Part shown: positions 1-15,435 of the stretch, in pieces
Layout of the letters: each line of letters starts with the position of its first letter
Numbering within the stretch: position 1 is the first letter of the stretch
Assembly: GCF_009914755.1 (NCBI RefSeq)
Contig: NC_060928.1
From: the human T2T-CHM13v2.0 reference genome, Homo sapiens
Direction: 5' to 3' (one strand)
DNA: 64,000 nt
Notes under the pieces: model-generated
What the model was told of the DNA's origin: nothing
The model's input: only the letters and a program-made list of their open reading frames with translations
Databases searched by the model: none
Translations under genes and position numbers: made by a program

Positions 1-86
1 GGGAAATGTATTCTTTGACTTTTTAGAAGTGCAAATTTTTCCCATATTTTTATATTTGAGGCTTATTTGGTTGGGGATTAAATCCT

Positions 87-978
87 TGGGTTACTGTGAA
101 ATAGTAAGACATATATGTAACTGCCCCCAGCCCCTGGCCCAGAGCTCCTAAAATCCTTGCATTTTCCTGAGTGATAGGGGTGCTAGGAGAATCTTTTGTT
201 CAATATTTGATCTTTGACTCTGGTTCCTGACAATGAGCTCCTAAATCCCTTGAAATTTACTGGGTAATAAGAGCATATTTTGTTCTAATGAGGTGACTTT
301 TGCTGGGCTCCTAAAGGGGGCTGGTCACCAGGATGACCAAGCCATGATTGGAAGCTTGGAGCTTTCAGTCTCACCCCTCATTCTCTAGAGCAGACAGAGG
401 GACTGAAAATGGAGTTAATAAACCTCCATAAAAGTCCTTAAACTATAAGGTTGGGAGAGCTTCTGGACTGGTGAATGCATCATGTGCTGGAAGGGTGGCA
501 CAACCACGTAAATGGGCACAGAAGCTCCTGTGTTCAGTCCTTCCAGAGCTTGCCTTGTGCCTCTCTTTATCTGTATTCTTTATTATATCCTTTATTGATA
601 AACTGGTAAATGTAAGCAAAGTGTTTCCCTGAGTTCTGTGAGCAGTCCTAGCCAATTATTCAAACTGAGTTGAAGGTCATGAGAACCCTGATTTATAAAT
701 GGTAGGTCAGAAATATAGGTCACAGCCTGGAACTTGTGATTAGAATTTGAAGTAGGGGACAGTCTTCTGTGACTGAACCCCCTTAACCTGTGGGATCTGG
801 GGCTACCTCCAGGCAGACAGTGTCAGAATTGAATTGAATTGAATTAGAAGACAACCTAGCTGGTGTCCACTGGAGAGTTGCTTGGTTTGTGGGGAAAATC
901 CCACACACATCAGGTGTCAGAAGTGTTGTGTTGAGTGGTGAGTGAAAGTGGGAAAATAACTTTTCCCCCCGTATCTCA
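87..978 (+). mobile_element. MER21-family (MER21B/C-like) solo LTR
   Basis: Resembles MER21 along its length: GGGGCTGGTCACCAGG..GACCAAG, AAACTGGTAAATGTAAGCAAAGTGTTTCCCTGAGTTCTGTGAGC, AACCTGTGGGATCTG, GTGTCAGAATTGAATTG, AGCTGGTGTCC. Confidence 0.8.
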
Positions 979-1577
979 GAGTTATGTTTTCTTTCCTGAA
1001 GATTTTTCATGTATTTCCCATTTATGTATTCATGTTAAATGTTGCTGAGGAGAAATCCAAGTTGAACCTGATTTTTTTTCCCCTTACAGATGGCTTGTTC
1101 TTCTCTGCCTCAATGCCTAAAGGATTATTTATCTGAAGTCCTTTCATTTTACTTGGATATGTGTGGTTTTCAAACTTTGTGTGTTAAATTTTCCTACAAC
1201 AGTGTGTTCTTTCACTCTTCAAATCTTTTCATCTTCTTTGATTTATTCTTTGTTTTTTGACTTACATATTTAAAAAAATCTTAATTTGTTTCTCATAATT
1301 AGAGATACCAAACACCTATGATAGAGCTCCTTTGTCTTTAGTATCAGTCATTTTCTCTCTTTTGTTTTTTAAAAGTTTTTTCACTTTTCTCATTTCTATC
1401 TCATGTGTCCCTTCCTTTGTTTCCAACAGTCTTACTTTCTTGAGTTCATTTCCATCTTTTTCTGGTATCTGACCAACTTTTCTAAACTCTTGTATATTTG
1501 CTTTGAATATCTATTTATTAATGCCATCAAGTCCTGGCAATGAATTTTTATCTTATAAATGTCTTCATTGCTTCTTT

Positions 1578-3209
<1,632 letters not shown>

Positions 3210-3649
3210 TTAAGATTTTATTGATGTCGTGGAGGGTTTTGGTCACAATTTTCATGGACTTGGTGGCTACATTTATCTGGTAAGCTTTGTGTGTTACTTG
3301 TTCTCCCTGTTACTTTAGTATAATAATGCCGATAGCCAGAAGTCAAAAGAGATCATTTAAAGTGAACTTTTCAAGTAATGGATATACAATATACTTAAAG
3401 GTAAATACTTAGAAAAAGAATATAAATAACTAAAACCAAATAGTTGGGTAAAAGTAGTCAGAGAATGTAGAAATATACTCATTTTCTCATTGCTTATAGT
3501 ATGGAGTTGATATATTTACTAAAAAAAATGATTAAGAATATTTAATAAAGTTTTAACCAAGTACAAACCCTCCAAATTATCAAAAGAAATAGAAAGCAAA
3601 GCAAAGGCAGGTTATTTATGAGTTTTTTAAGTTACAGAAACAGAGTGAA

Positions 3650-6165
3650 ACTTAAGAACAGAACTAACAAATATATCAGATAAGAAAACTCACTCAAAAA
3701 TAAAGAGAGAAAGAACTGATTGAACTCAGCAAAATGCTAAGATATAAAAGGAACAACTTTAAAAAGTGATTCAAAAAACTTGAAAGTGAAAAATAGTGGG
3801 CAAATATGTCAGCATATATAAACCGTTAGGAAAGAAGCAGTCATGATCTTAATATTCTGATCCAGCTGAATTCAAGGCCAAAAGTATTTAACCAAAACAA
3901 AGATATTTTATCAGAATAAAAAACGTGACACACAATGGATATCTAAAAGTAACAAATACCTATGCACCTAATAACCAATCATCAACATTTATGAAGCAAA
4001 AATACAAGGTACTACAAGAAGAAATATACAGAAATATATTAATGGTAGTAGTTTTTATTCATTTTTCCCAGGTTATGAACGCTCAAACAAAAATAAATAA
4101 GAATTTAGGGAAAAAATGCCTAATAAAATAGATATATATGTTATTTTTTAAAAACCACTTTTATACTCTGGAAAGAGATGATAAAGTTTTTTTCCAAATA
4201 TCTATGGACCAATCATATTATTTAAAAAAAAAATCCTATAATAGCCCTCCCAAAAAATGCTAAATTCTGAAGGAAAAAATAAGTAAAAATAATATTTTCT
4301 GATATGAAAGACTGTAGACTAAAAAGACAACAGTGTGGTCCTGGCATATAAACAGAACAGAAAATGAAATAGAATACATCCAAAAATAGACCCAGTACGT
4401 ATAAAAATTAACAAAGTGGCATTTCAGAAGTGTGGATGACAATGAATTACTTTATAAATACTGTTGGAACAAGCAGATAGCCATCTAGAAAATTAATAAA
4501 ATTGGGTCTTGTGGCACAGACTATGAAATATCCCTCAATATTCATTCTCCGCTTCTTTTTTGGTCACAGAATTCCTGATCTTTAGCTGGATACATAGTTT
4601 CATTTCCCTGATTCCCTGACTGTTCACTTTGGCCTTGTGACTTAAGTACTAGCCAATAAGGATGAATATAGAATTGATATACCGCTTTCAGTAAGTGTTT
4701 TTAAAGGGAAAGGATATGGCTTTTTTCATCCTTTCCTCCTTCCTGCTGGCTGGAATCCGTAAGTCTTGGATGGCACTCCAACAGCCATCTTGGACCATAA
4801 AGTGACCTTGGAAATAGAAGTTTCTGATAGTGAAGTAATGAAATGGAAAGAGCAGAAATCCTTCATCACGAAATATCATACAAGCTCTGAATTTGCATGA
4901 GAGAGACACAGAAACTTCAGTCTTATCCATATCTCATTACTTTAATTATCATTCTTAGCTGAGCTTAACCAGTAGAGTTCCTTTTGTCCCAGTATCATAT
5001 CTTACACCAAAAAAACTCCAGAAGTCTTAAATATTTAAATGTTAAAAACAAAACGAAAACTATAAATGTATGAAAACATGAGAGAATTATTTTTATAATT
5101 TTGAGGTAAGAAGGCCTTTCTCAATATAATACAAAACTAGACAACATAAAATGAAAGGTTGATAAATTCAACCACATAAAAACTCTACGGGAAAAAAAAA
5201 AACACCATCACAAGGTTAAAAGAAAGCAAAAAATTGGATAAAATATTTGCAACATATTTTGCATTACACTAGGGCTAAATGCCACTAGCTCTGTTGAAAA
5301 ACCAGCAATGATTATGAACAGACAGTTTCTAGAAAAGAAATGTGGAGAAAAGACTTATGACCTCCAAAACTATAATTTAATAAGTTTGTGTTGTTTTAAG
5401 CCATTTAAAAAACAGGAAATGTGAATAAGTCTTAAATATATGAAAAGATGCTCAGTCTTACTCATAATAACAGAAATACAAATTAAAGTTACTAAGAGGT
5501 AGCTTTTTCTACCCATTAGATTGATAAGAATCAAAAACTTGGCAATACCTAAGAACCTGTTTTCTCAAAAGCTTGCCCAAAGAATATATTATCAGTGTAA
5601 ATTGATACAACATACTGACAGCAATTTGACAATATATATGAAAAGCACAAGTGTACTTAGTTTTTGACCCAGGAATTCCAGTTCCAGATATTTATCCTAC
5701 AATACATATGAATATTTGCCAAATTATGCATGCACAAGGATATACATCATTGCATTATTTGGAAAGATTGGAAAGGACTTAAATGTCCATCAACAGGAGC
5801 TGCTTAAATAAAATATAGTATATTTACACAATGGAATTCTATGTAACTGTTAAAAGGAGCTCTCTATATATACTAATTTGGAATAAAAAGATATATTGTT
5901 AAGTGAAGGAATGCAGAAAAATATGTGTATTATAATTCTTTTTGGGTTTGCAGAAGCAGAGAAATATATATATACACATACATACATATGCTTGCTTACG
6001 TAATGAATATCTTTCTAAACATATATAAGAAACTCATAACAAAGGTTGCCTACAGGGAGGAGAAGCTGGCCAGGAGAGAGGAAGTAAGGGAAATGTACTC
6101 TTAGTATTCATGTCTCTGTGCATATTTTTAATGCTGTAATATGTTTATATATTACCTATTCAAAT
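3650..6165 (+). mobile_element. Ancient L1M (L1ME/L1MC-type) fragments, interrupted by an MLT1 LTR
   Basis: NTYAPNN at ~3955 resembles the L1 endonuclease NIYAPN motif. Degenerate ORF2 3' and 3'UTR blocks follow (GAAAAGATGCTCAGTCTTACTCATAAT, TTTGACCCAGGAATTCCA, AAATGTCCATCAACAGG). Confidence 0.65.
4510..4975 (+). mobile_element. Old MaLR LTR (MLT1I/J/K-like)
   Basis: TGTGGCA start, GGCCTTGTGACTTAAG..GCCAATAAG, CTTCCTGCTGGCTGGAA and CAGCCATCTTGGACCAT motifs typical of old MLT1. Confidence 0.65.
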
Positions 6166-6540
6166 TAATCATTTAATTAGATTTAAATACAATAGAATAA
6201 AAATGAATGGCTCACAAAATGAAAAAGATAAAAATTATAGTTTATAATCTCCAATTAAATGTGTCATCCTGGGCTAACATTAATGTTTGAAAAGATATGT
6301 AGGCTTTCAATTTCAGGTAACATTCCAGATAAAAAGTTGAAAGATTTCAATTAGATAGCTCTATAAAATGCATTGTTGCAACAACAAACCTAATGTTAAA
6401 ATAATTTATTTATAATTGAAACTTAAAAAATAATAATTCAAACTTGAAAAAGGGACAATGTTTATTTCACTGTGTAAAAACAACAGTTACAGCAATCCCA
6501 AATAGCCTCAGTGTTCTGCCATTAAAAAAAAAAATTAGTA

Positions 6541-6844
<304 letters not shown>

Positions 6845-7164
6845 TCATCCCCAGAGGCTGTGACAGAACCAGACACAGTATAAGGGCACAAAAGTATTCT
6901 GAGTAAATTAAATATGTAAATTGAATTATATCTAAAAGAAACAATGAAAAACATAATGCTATAATGTATCACTGAAATTCTTTGTAAATTGGGCTTTGTT
7001 TTAACAAATATTAATCCAAATTTCTGCTGTTCTGATTTTCACAACGTCTAGGGTCTCACTGACTTTTTACCTGGCACATTTACTGTACTGTTAGCTCTGG
7101 AGAACAGACTGCAAGGTTTACAATTTATGGGCAAATTTTCATATTATGGCACTTTCTCTCTCTT

Positions 7165-7190
7165 CACACACACGCACGTGCACACACACA
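7165..7190. repeat. Imperfect (CA)n microsatellite
   Basis: CACACACACGCACGTGCACACACACA. Confidence 0.8.
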
Positions 7191-7847
7191 TGCTCACAAG
7201 CTTCTCACTTTTACTGTTGTCAGGCTGCTCACTTCTCATACCAGCTGCTCCTCCCGCCTGCTCCCTCCAAACATAATGTAAAGCCTCCATCTGATGCACA
7301 GAAGGGACACCAACAAAGATAAGAGTAAGTTTCTGAGGCTGGTTCTATTCTCCATTGAGGCAGAGGGTGTTGAAAGAGTTCAAAAACTAGGTAGCAGGAA
7401 GATAATGTGGTTTCAGTCTAGACACGAAAATAGAAACACTGGCACCAATCAAAGTAAAGGAAATTGTCCTTTTAGGAAAGGAATTTTCCTTCTAGATGAC
7501 ATTCAAAATCCCAAATCCCTTGCTAAGAATGAAGGGCATTTAGTGATAAAGATTTAGTCTCTTCTGAGAAAGTCATTGAATTCCTGATAAGAATTTCCAT
7601 GTCTTGATTTCCAACTAGTGGTGGGGTTTAGTAAGGTCATTTTAGGTGTATTTCTCATCACATAAATTGATTAAAGAATTTGGGCACTCTGAGTTCCTGG
7701 AAGAATATCCTGAATGTAGATTTTTTTTTTTAGTAAAACTTTCAAAAGTGGTTCATAATAAATAGTTTCGTTAAGTCTTATAATTGGAGTATGGAATTGA
7801 ATAACCAACCCATGTATTATTTTTAATTGTCTAATTAAGATGACCTC

Positions 7848-8157
7848 AGCTGGGCATGGTGGCTTACACCTGTAATCCCAGCATTTGGGGAGGCTGAAGG
7901 CAGACGATCATGTGAGGCCAAGTTTGAGGCCAGCCTGGGCAACATAGTGAGACTCTCTCTACAAAAAAATTTATTTTTTAATTAGCCAGGCAGGCTGGAG
8001 TGTGCCTGTAGTCCTACCTACTCTGGAGGCTGAGACAGGAGGATCACTTGAGAGCAAGATGAGGCTTCAGTGAGCCATGATTGTGCCACTGCACTCAAGC
8101 CTGGGTGACAAAGAGAAATCTTGTCTCCAATATAAATAAATAAATAAGAATAAAAAA
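7848..8157 (+). mobile_element. Diverged AluJ
   Basis: Full dimer with GCCTGGGCAACATAGTGAGAC and GGAGGATCACTTGAG; (AAAT)n tail. Confidence 0.9.
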
Positions 8158-8599
8158 TTTAAGCTGAGCTTAATTAAAATTATGTTAAAATCTGGTTTTT
8201 ATTTTTCTTTTTATGAAAGTATAGCTTATTTTTGTTCAATTAAATTTTTTTTAATTTTAATTGGAATGCATCTGCTATGGGAATCTAATCCAGTCAAGTC
8301 AGTGACAATGTCACAGGAGCCATTGCTAAGAAGGAAAGCAGCAGGAGTTGGGAGAAATCAGGTCACACAGCAAAAACCAGAGGCAAAAGCCGTGGTGGAG
8401 AATCAGGGTGACATGGAGCAAACGTAACAGTCATCTACAAAACAGAAGCCTAGGGCCCAGCCAAACCAAGATAATAATGTGAAAAGGATTAGATGAGATA
8501 AAGTGAGTATAAGCAGAGAGGTTTTTGTTCAAGTGCAGCACTGCTGAGGGGAGGAAAAGGAACTACCAATTGTACAGCCAAGCCTGACTCCTGGGAGTT

Positions 8600-9010
8600 C
8601 CATTTGCACCTTATCCAACACATATTAATCGATACTGTTTTCTGTACAAACACTAAGCTGAGTACTGGGGTAAAGAGAACAGTCTCTAACTTCATGGATC
8701 TTATATTATGGCAGGGAGCAGGGAGTGGGGAGCAGATCAAATAAATAAATAACCTGATTAGGAAGTAAGCAAATACCACTTTAAGATTATGATAGAGCTA
8801 TGAAGGAAGCAGGCAGGATGCTGAGAGGCAGAACAGGGAGAGAGGACCTATTTTAGAAAGCACGGTCATGGAAGGCTGAGAAGGAGCCAGGCACAAAGAA
8901 AAGTGAAGGAAGAGCTTTTTATACAAAGGGCACAGCAAGTACAAAGATCCAGAGGCAAGAAAAACTCAACCTATTCAAAGAACCGCAAGAGAATCCATGT
9001 GGCTGCAAAC
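8600..9010 (-). mobile_element. L2 3' fragment
   Basis: Reverse-strand L2 3' motifs (CAACACATATTAAT..CTGTACAAACACT, GGAAGGC..GAAGGAGCCAGGCA, CAGCAAGTACAAAGATCCAGAGGCA). Confidence 0.65.
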
Positions 9011-9814
9011 TGGTTCTCCTGAGGTGGCCCCCAACACCCATCACAACTTATCCCACAGCTCACAACCCTCTTGAAATCATAGCTTTACTGTAGTGTCTAA
9101 ATTATTCTTCCTCTTTCATTTCTCTTTAGAAATATTGTCTAAATCATACCCTCAAGCTAGTGATAAATAGAAAGAAATTTTCTTCACATTGTTTTTTGTT
9201 TTGTGTTCGTATAATGATACAGTTCAAATACAAAAAAAAAAACACTAGGAAATTGTTTAATCAATGAATATGCATTTGTATGTGTGTCTACAAAAGCCTG
9301 CCCACATGACTTAGAATCACCGACCCTTCCTTGTTCATGAGGTTACCATGGCACCCATCTTTTCAGAGCACACAGCTTATATCCACATCTAGCTGTGTTG
9401 GCCCCGCTAGGTCTCAGTGGGGAGAAGTCTCTTTAGAGAGCTACAGCTAGAGAGAGTCAGTAGGTGATCTAGATCTGATGAGAGAACAAAATATGCAAGA
9501 TTAAATGAATCATGCAGTCTGAAGTCAATTTCCTGCCTTGTATTTGTTGGTGGTAATGTTAATACAGCATTTTAAAAATAAGTTTTTTATATATGAAAAA
9601 GGTTTGATTTTTGGTCCACAAGCTAGTAATACAAAAAAAGTCACATTTCTTTATTTCCTTTCTATAAACCTAAATAAAACTCAATCTCCATCCCAGCAGG
9701 TGGTGGGAAATTCAATTTTAATCATTATGGGGTTTTGTTTCTTCCTACTCACTGCCACCTCCAACTCAAGGTCATGCAAAGGTCTCCTTTTAGAGAGGTA
9801 AAAATGACATTATC

Positions 9815-10030
9815 TGAAGGCTCTAGAACCAGACCACCTAGATTTGCATCCTGGTCCTGCCACTTACTAGCGTGAGATGTTGGGTAACTTAATTAACCTC
9901 TTTGATGACTAGTGGAGATATGATAGTAACTACTTCATAGAGTTTTTAGACAATAGATGAGTTAATATATATAAGTGTCTTAGAATGATGTCTGGCACTT
10001 AGCTGTGCAGCATATATCTATCATCATCAT
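9815..10030 (+). mobile_element. MIR
   Basis: GGCTCTAGAACCAGACCACCTAGATTTGCATCCTGGTCCTGCCACTTACTAG followed by MIR core and tail. Confidence 0.8.
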
Positions 10031-10711
10031 TGTCATCATTTTCACATGATGTGAAATTATCTAAGATATTTCTCCAGCTGCTGGTTCACTCTGGTTATCA
10101 AAGAGGCCCAGTCTCCCAACCCAAAGGATTTTCTCATATTTCAAGGTCCTGCTGCTTCTGCCTGGAAGCTCCTAAGCCTCTGAGGTGTTGTCCCCACTCC
10201 AGGACAACAACTTGGAATGACCCACAGGCCCCCATCAATATTCCAACTATTTCCCAAGAATCTCTTTGCAAGCATCTCCTCCATTTTCCTCTCTTAGGAC
10301 CACTGAAAGCTTCCCCTCCCTCTCAGAACACCCAGCAAAATGTCTTCAGTGAGCTTAGACTTCACAACAAAACTCAACTTCAGAAACTAATAGAAGCTCC
10401 AAGCAATTTTTGCTGCTGGAAAAAGGCTGGTTACCTGCTGTGTGGGGAGGAGTCAGGGGAATGGAATCGCACAGAGAGAATAAATACAAATCTTTATTTT
10501 CCTGTCACACTGATTCTGTCATACTTGCTTAGGCTGACACATGCTCCAAACGACTGTAAATATTGTACAACCAACAGCAGTTTCACAAGTGAAAACGAAT
10601 CTGTCTTTGGTAATGGCTGATTGTTCCTGCCTGTTTCAGGTGGTGCTCCAGGATAGAAGAGCAAAAGGACTGTGACAGAAAGCACAGGAGCCCTACTAGG
10701 TTTCATTTTTA

Positions 10712-11010
<299 letters not shown>

Positions 11011-12419
11011 AAAAGAAAGAGAAAGAGAATTTGGGAAGCCCCAAATGAGTGGGCAGTGTGATTTGCAACCTCCACTTGAATTTGGGGGCCATTAGAGTTT
11101 GGAGATTCACCCACATTCAAAACAAATCCTGAAACAACTGCAGTATAAATGAGAAAAGCAAACTAGGACAGGACAGAGACACAGGGACGGGAGTACTTAG
11201 CAGGTACAGAGGAGCTGTGACAACGTGAGCTGAGGTTGGGGGACCAGTTAAGGGAGAGGAGAAATAAGTACTGGAGATTCAGGCAGGGAGCCAGAGAGGA
11301 TGGTTGTCCTTGATGCATTTGGGCAGCAGAGGCAAGCAGAAAGTCCACTTATGGTGGGAGCAGAGCAAGCGAAAGCCCTGAGGGGGAAAGAAGGAGACAC
11401 AAATCCCAAACAATGACTGGAACCTAGATGGCTCCACCTCGTTCTTTGACACTTTGCTCATCTTTTGTTGACACTCATACTAGAAGCTCACTTTGATTTT
11501 TTCCATATGATTATCTCTAGCTTTGTTTCTAACTGTGCTATCTGAGTTGCTTTCCAGGCCCACACTTCTTTCATCTGTTGGGGGAGACAAGGAAGGGAGA
11601 ATTCTGAGAAGAAAACTTATTTATTCAGTAAGAGGACCACTGACCCTTTTCATGGCTTTTGATCACTTGAATTTGTCAGTCCTTCTCTGAGCCTGGACAG
11701 AATTCCAGCTGAGAAGGACATGGGGTTGAAAGAGAGGGGTCACCTGTCCTTTCTCCCCATCCTAGGTGTCTTTACTCCCGATGACCCATTTAAGGCTTGA
11801 GGGTGGTGGAGGGGAAAGTCCACGTCTCTGAATGCCTATGCACTAGTTGGGACAGAAGTGACAAGTTTTTCTTTCTAAATAGACGTTCTAAGATGTGACT
11901 TTCTACCTCCAGGGTGTCCTTGATGAAGTTCTCACTTTGCCTTGGCTCAAGAGTTCATGAACCCTGTCCTATACTCCTAACAGGAACTGCGTCACCTCCT
12001 TTTGGATGGAAAACAACCTCTTGCTCAACTAAAGTGGCTTTCTAAAGGCAGCCAATGCCTTTCTTTTAATTGGCCTTCAAAGTTTCTAAAATAAGTACCA
12101 CAGGAAACTTTCTTGTTCCTTCCACAGCTATGTGGAGCAGGGTGCTCTGTGGTGTGTGCCCCTGACACCCTCCCCACAGGCAGTCATGTTTAACTGCAGC
12201 ACACACCTATATATGGGGCTGAGGAAGTTAGCTCTGGGTCCAGTCTCACATAAAGGCAGGTAAAGACTCACAGATGGGAGCCCCACATATACTAGGAGAC
12301 CCTGATGATTGAATGACAGAGGACCAAGCCTTGTCTATACTCCTTACAGCAACAGCTGGACCTCACTTTGAAACCTGAAAAGTCGTTCAGCTTTAGAACA
12401 CATTGAGATAAAAGTGGAC

Positions 12420-12605
12420 TTCAGTATCACTGTTTGCTCTTTCTTACCTTGGGAGGTTACTGCCTGAAGTCTCAGTTTCCTCATGTATAAAATTAGCATA
12501 ATAATAAGACCTATCTCACAGAGCTGGTGTGAGGATTTAATGATATTATATGCATATAGCTTGCAATAAAATGCCTAGCACAGAGGAAGCACTCAACAAA
12601 TACTC
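12420..12605 (+). mobile_element. MIR
   Basis: Core CTCAGTTTCCTCATGTATAAAAT..ACCTATCTCACAGAGCTGGTGTGAGGATT..GCCTAGCACAGAGGAAGCACTCAACAAAT. Confidence 0.8.
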
Positions 12606-12629
12606 GTCACCTACCTTCACTTTTCTTTT

Positions 12630-12631
<2 letters not shown>

Positions 12632-12667
<36 letters not shown>

Positions 12668-12898
12668 TGCAGTGGTGCCATCTTGGCTCACTGCAACCTC
12701 CGCTTCCCAGGTTCAAGCAATTCTCCCACCTCAGCTTCCTGAGTAGCTGGGACTACAGGCACCTGCCCCCACACCCAGCTGATTTTTGTATTTTTTGTAT
12801 GCTGGCCAGGCTGGTCTCAAACTCCTGACCTCAAGTGATCCTCCCACCTTGGGCTCCCAAAATGCTGAGATTACAGGAGTGAGCCACCATGTGTGGCC
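12632..12898 (-). mobile_element. AluS lacking ~30 nt at its 3' end, with a pure 34-nt tail
   Basis: T34 at 12632-12665 joins directly to AGTGCAGTGG; element ends GGCC at 12898; 15-bp TSD TCACTTTTC(T/C)TTTTC at 12617-12631 and 12899-12913. Confidence 0.92.
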
Positions 12899-13827
12899 TC
12901 ACTTTTCCTTTTCTATAAAAAGACCACCATTGTCTATTCTTCCTGACTTAAAAGTTTCATTATAAAAATCACTTTTTTGAGTTTAAGCAAAGGTATAGTC
13001 TCAAGAAGACAATAGTTAAATGCCCTTGAATTATTGGGGATGTAAAGGGGGTCGAGGGTTTAACCTTTTTTCAAGAACACATTAGCCTGGATTTGGTTTT
13101 ATTAAACAAATAATATGTCTACTATTTATCTCATTAACCAATTTCAAGGAAGTAGCAAGAGTGGCATAGGGAGAATGGAGCTTCAGATCTGTACCCTTAT
13201 ATTTTTTTGTGAAGGTGAGGAAAAATCATGAAATGTCTAGAGCTTAGCAGTTACACAGGGAGAACAAGCCTGAGACAGAAATGAGGGAAGGGGTCCTGTG
13301 GCCTCTTGCCAAGGGACAAGTATCAAGTCACAAGGAGGAGAGAATAAAGACATGGTTTTCTGAATTTCTATTCTCCCTAGAATCAGCCCTGCATTAGAAA
13401 ATAAAATAAAATAATGCAGATTATTAATTGTATCAGCAGGTAGGTATTTTAATCCACTCTGCTCAAACATGTCAATAAGAACTTGCAAGCAATACTTCTT
13501 GTCTTCTTAAAGTTAACTATATTCTCTTTCAATGACAGGGTTTCTCTAAGACTAAAGAATTCAATTCAACCAGCATCTATCATGCCCCTATTATGTGTCT
13601 TCACCCTACAAGTCTCTGAAGTGACAGGGAATAAATCTTGTCTCCACTAAAAGCCAACTCTGAAAGGCCCACTCTGAAAGACAAAACAGGGATTCAGGAG
13701 TAGCATGCTAGTCATACAACGTTAGTAATATTAACACAGAATTTATTGTTTCTGTTCCACTTATAGTTGGATTGAGACTATCATAGTGATCAGAGGAAAA
13801 ATAAGTTCTAGTGATTAACACAGAGGG

Positions 13828-13849
13828 GTGTGTGTGTGTGTGTGTGTGT
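13828..13849. repeat. (TG)n microsatellite
   Basis: Perfect GT run of about 11 units. Confidence 0.95.
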
Positions 13850-14617
13850 TTTACATATTCTTTATTTTCTTACTCTGTTCAAGGCCAAGAGCATTCTCCA
13901 AGTAACTGATATCTTCAACAGAAGGTGGTTGATGAGGTAATTGTGCTCTAAAGCCTATAATGCTCTTCAAAAGAAAGATCAATGCTGGGATAATTCCAGC
14001 CCAGCCGACAGAAGGGCTATGGAAGACACTGAAGTTTAGGGTGCACAGAGAACTGAAGACAAGCATGAACCACATGAAAGGCTTTAAGAACATGTAACTG
14101 ATGATCCATGTGATAACAAATGCAGAGGGAAACCTGGGGTATTGTTGATCATGAGGGTCTTGGAAATAGAACAGGGGAGGGAGGACATTCCTGATAAGGG
14201 CAGCAACATAACAGAATGCCCATATTTGGAAATAATCATAGGTATTTGGAGACACATATTCAAGAAAAAAAGTGTGCAGAAACTAAATCACTCCACCAGT
14301 CAACCTCAAAACCTTCACATTGATCTCTGGTATACTTCTTTGCCATTTAACTCTACTTAGTATGGTTTATTCTTTTTTTATATGGTTGAATCTATATAAA
14401 TTGAACGGTGTGTCAGTGCTTGTCTTACACTCTTTTGTGTATACTTCTCAATATAGTGGCTTGCAGATACCCATATGGTTGGATTCATAGTTGATGCCCA
14501 GGCATTGGAAACTGGATCATCAGCTGCTCACTCGTAGCGCTTTGCTAGTTTCACTCCATCTGTTCTATGTTCTCACCTGACTGTTGATCTGAAAGCTGCA
14601 CTACTAAGCTTTAAATC

Positions 14618-14760
14618 ATAGGTTTTCAGCCTTTGCTGCATTGGCATCTCCTGAAATCCTGGAGCCTGTTACCCACCCCCAGATATTTTGATAACTGGGT
14701 AGGGCATGACTTGGGCATCAGGATTTCTAAAAGCTCCTAAAGTGATTCCAATGTGCTTTA
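14618..14760. mobile_element. MER5A-like hAT-Charlie MITE remnant
   Basis: CCCACCCCCAGATATTTTGAT..GGGCATCAGGATTTCTAAAAGCTCCTAAAGTGATTCCAATGTGC. Confidence 0.6.
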
Positions 14761-15229
14761 GAAGCAGAAATGAAACAAGAACAGGAAGGCCAATGGGGAA
14801 AAGATGAGTCCAGAAAGTTGTCTTAGCTATTTTAAAGTCATTTATCACAGTGTTATTGGTCATATTAAAATGGCAACATTTAAGTAAGCATATGAATAGA
14901 AATGTCTTTGCTTGAAGAACTAAGAGAAAATTATTATGTAATTTTAGGTCATTACTATTATCGGGTATTATTAATAAGTACAACTAATTGTAACCTTTGG
15001 ATTAGATGAAACACATAAGATACAATTATTATAATTAAACTATTTGAATATAGAGTACATTGTGTTAATAGCTTGAGCAATTTTAATGAAGTATATATGG
15101 AAATTTCAAAGCATGAACTCTGTATACATGTCACAAATATTTCAGGAAAGATGTCCCTTATCATACCAACTAAGGCAAAATATCTATATATTGTGCTCCA
15201 CACTGAATAACTTGTCTTACATTCCTAAT

Positions 15230-15435
15230 AACCATAATAACAATAGTTATCACTTATGGAAGCATGGTAGTAAGCACTTTGGGGTTATTAATGTCAGCTT
15301 CATGACAATCCTTAATGCAGGCATTGTTTTCTCCTTTTGATGAGGGAATTAATATGATGAAGCCAATACGGTCAGGGTGGTAAATTTGAACCAATGACTG
15401 TGGGACTCTAAAACGTATGTTCTTGTGTACCACAC
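15230..15435 (-). mobile_element. MIR remnant
   Basis: AATAACAATAGTTATCACTTATGGAAGCA..ACAATCCTTAATGCAGGCATTGTT..ATTTGAACCA. Confidence 0.55.

Noticed and set aside
826-846. (GAATT)n short repeat
   Set aside because: A slightly expanded part of the MER21 LTR sequence.
7694-7702. STAT GAS motif TTCCTGGAA
   Set aside because: A single isolated 9-mer; a degenerate GAS match is expected by chance in 64 kb.
10030-10620. Longest non-repeat ORF (196 aa, +)
   Set aside because: Starts at a TTG in a MIR tail, has no recognisable domain or codon bias, and is about the length expected by chance in 64 kb.
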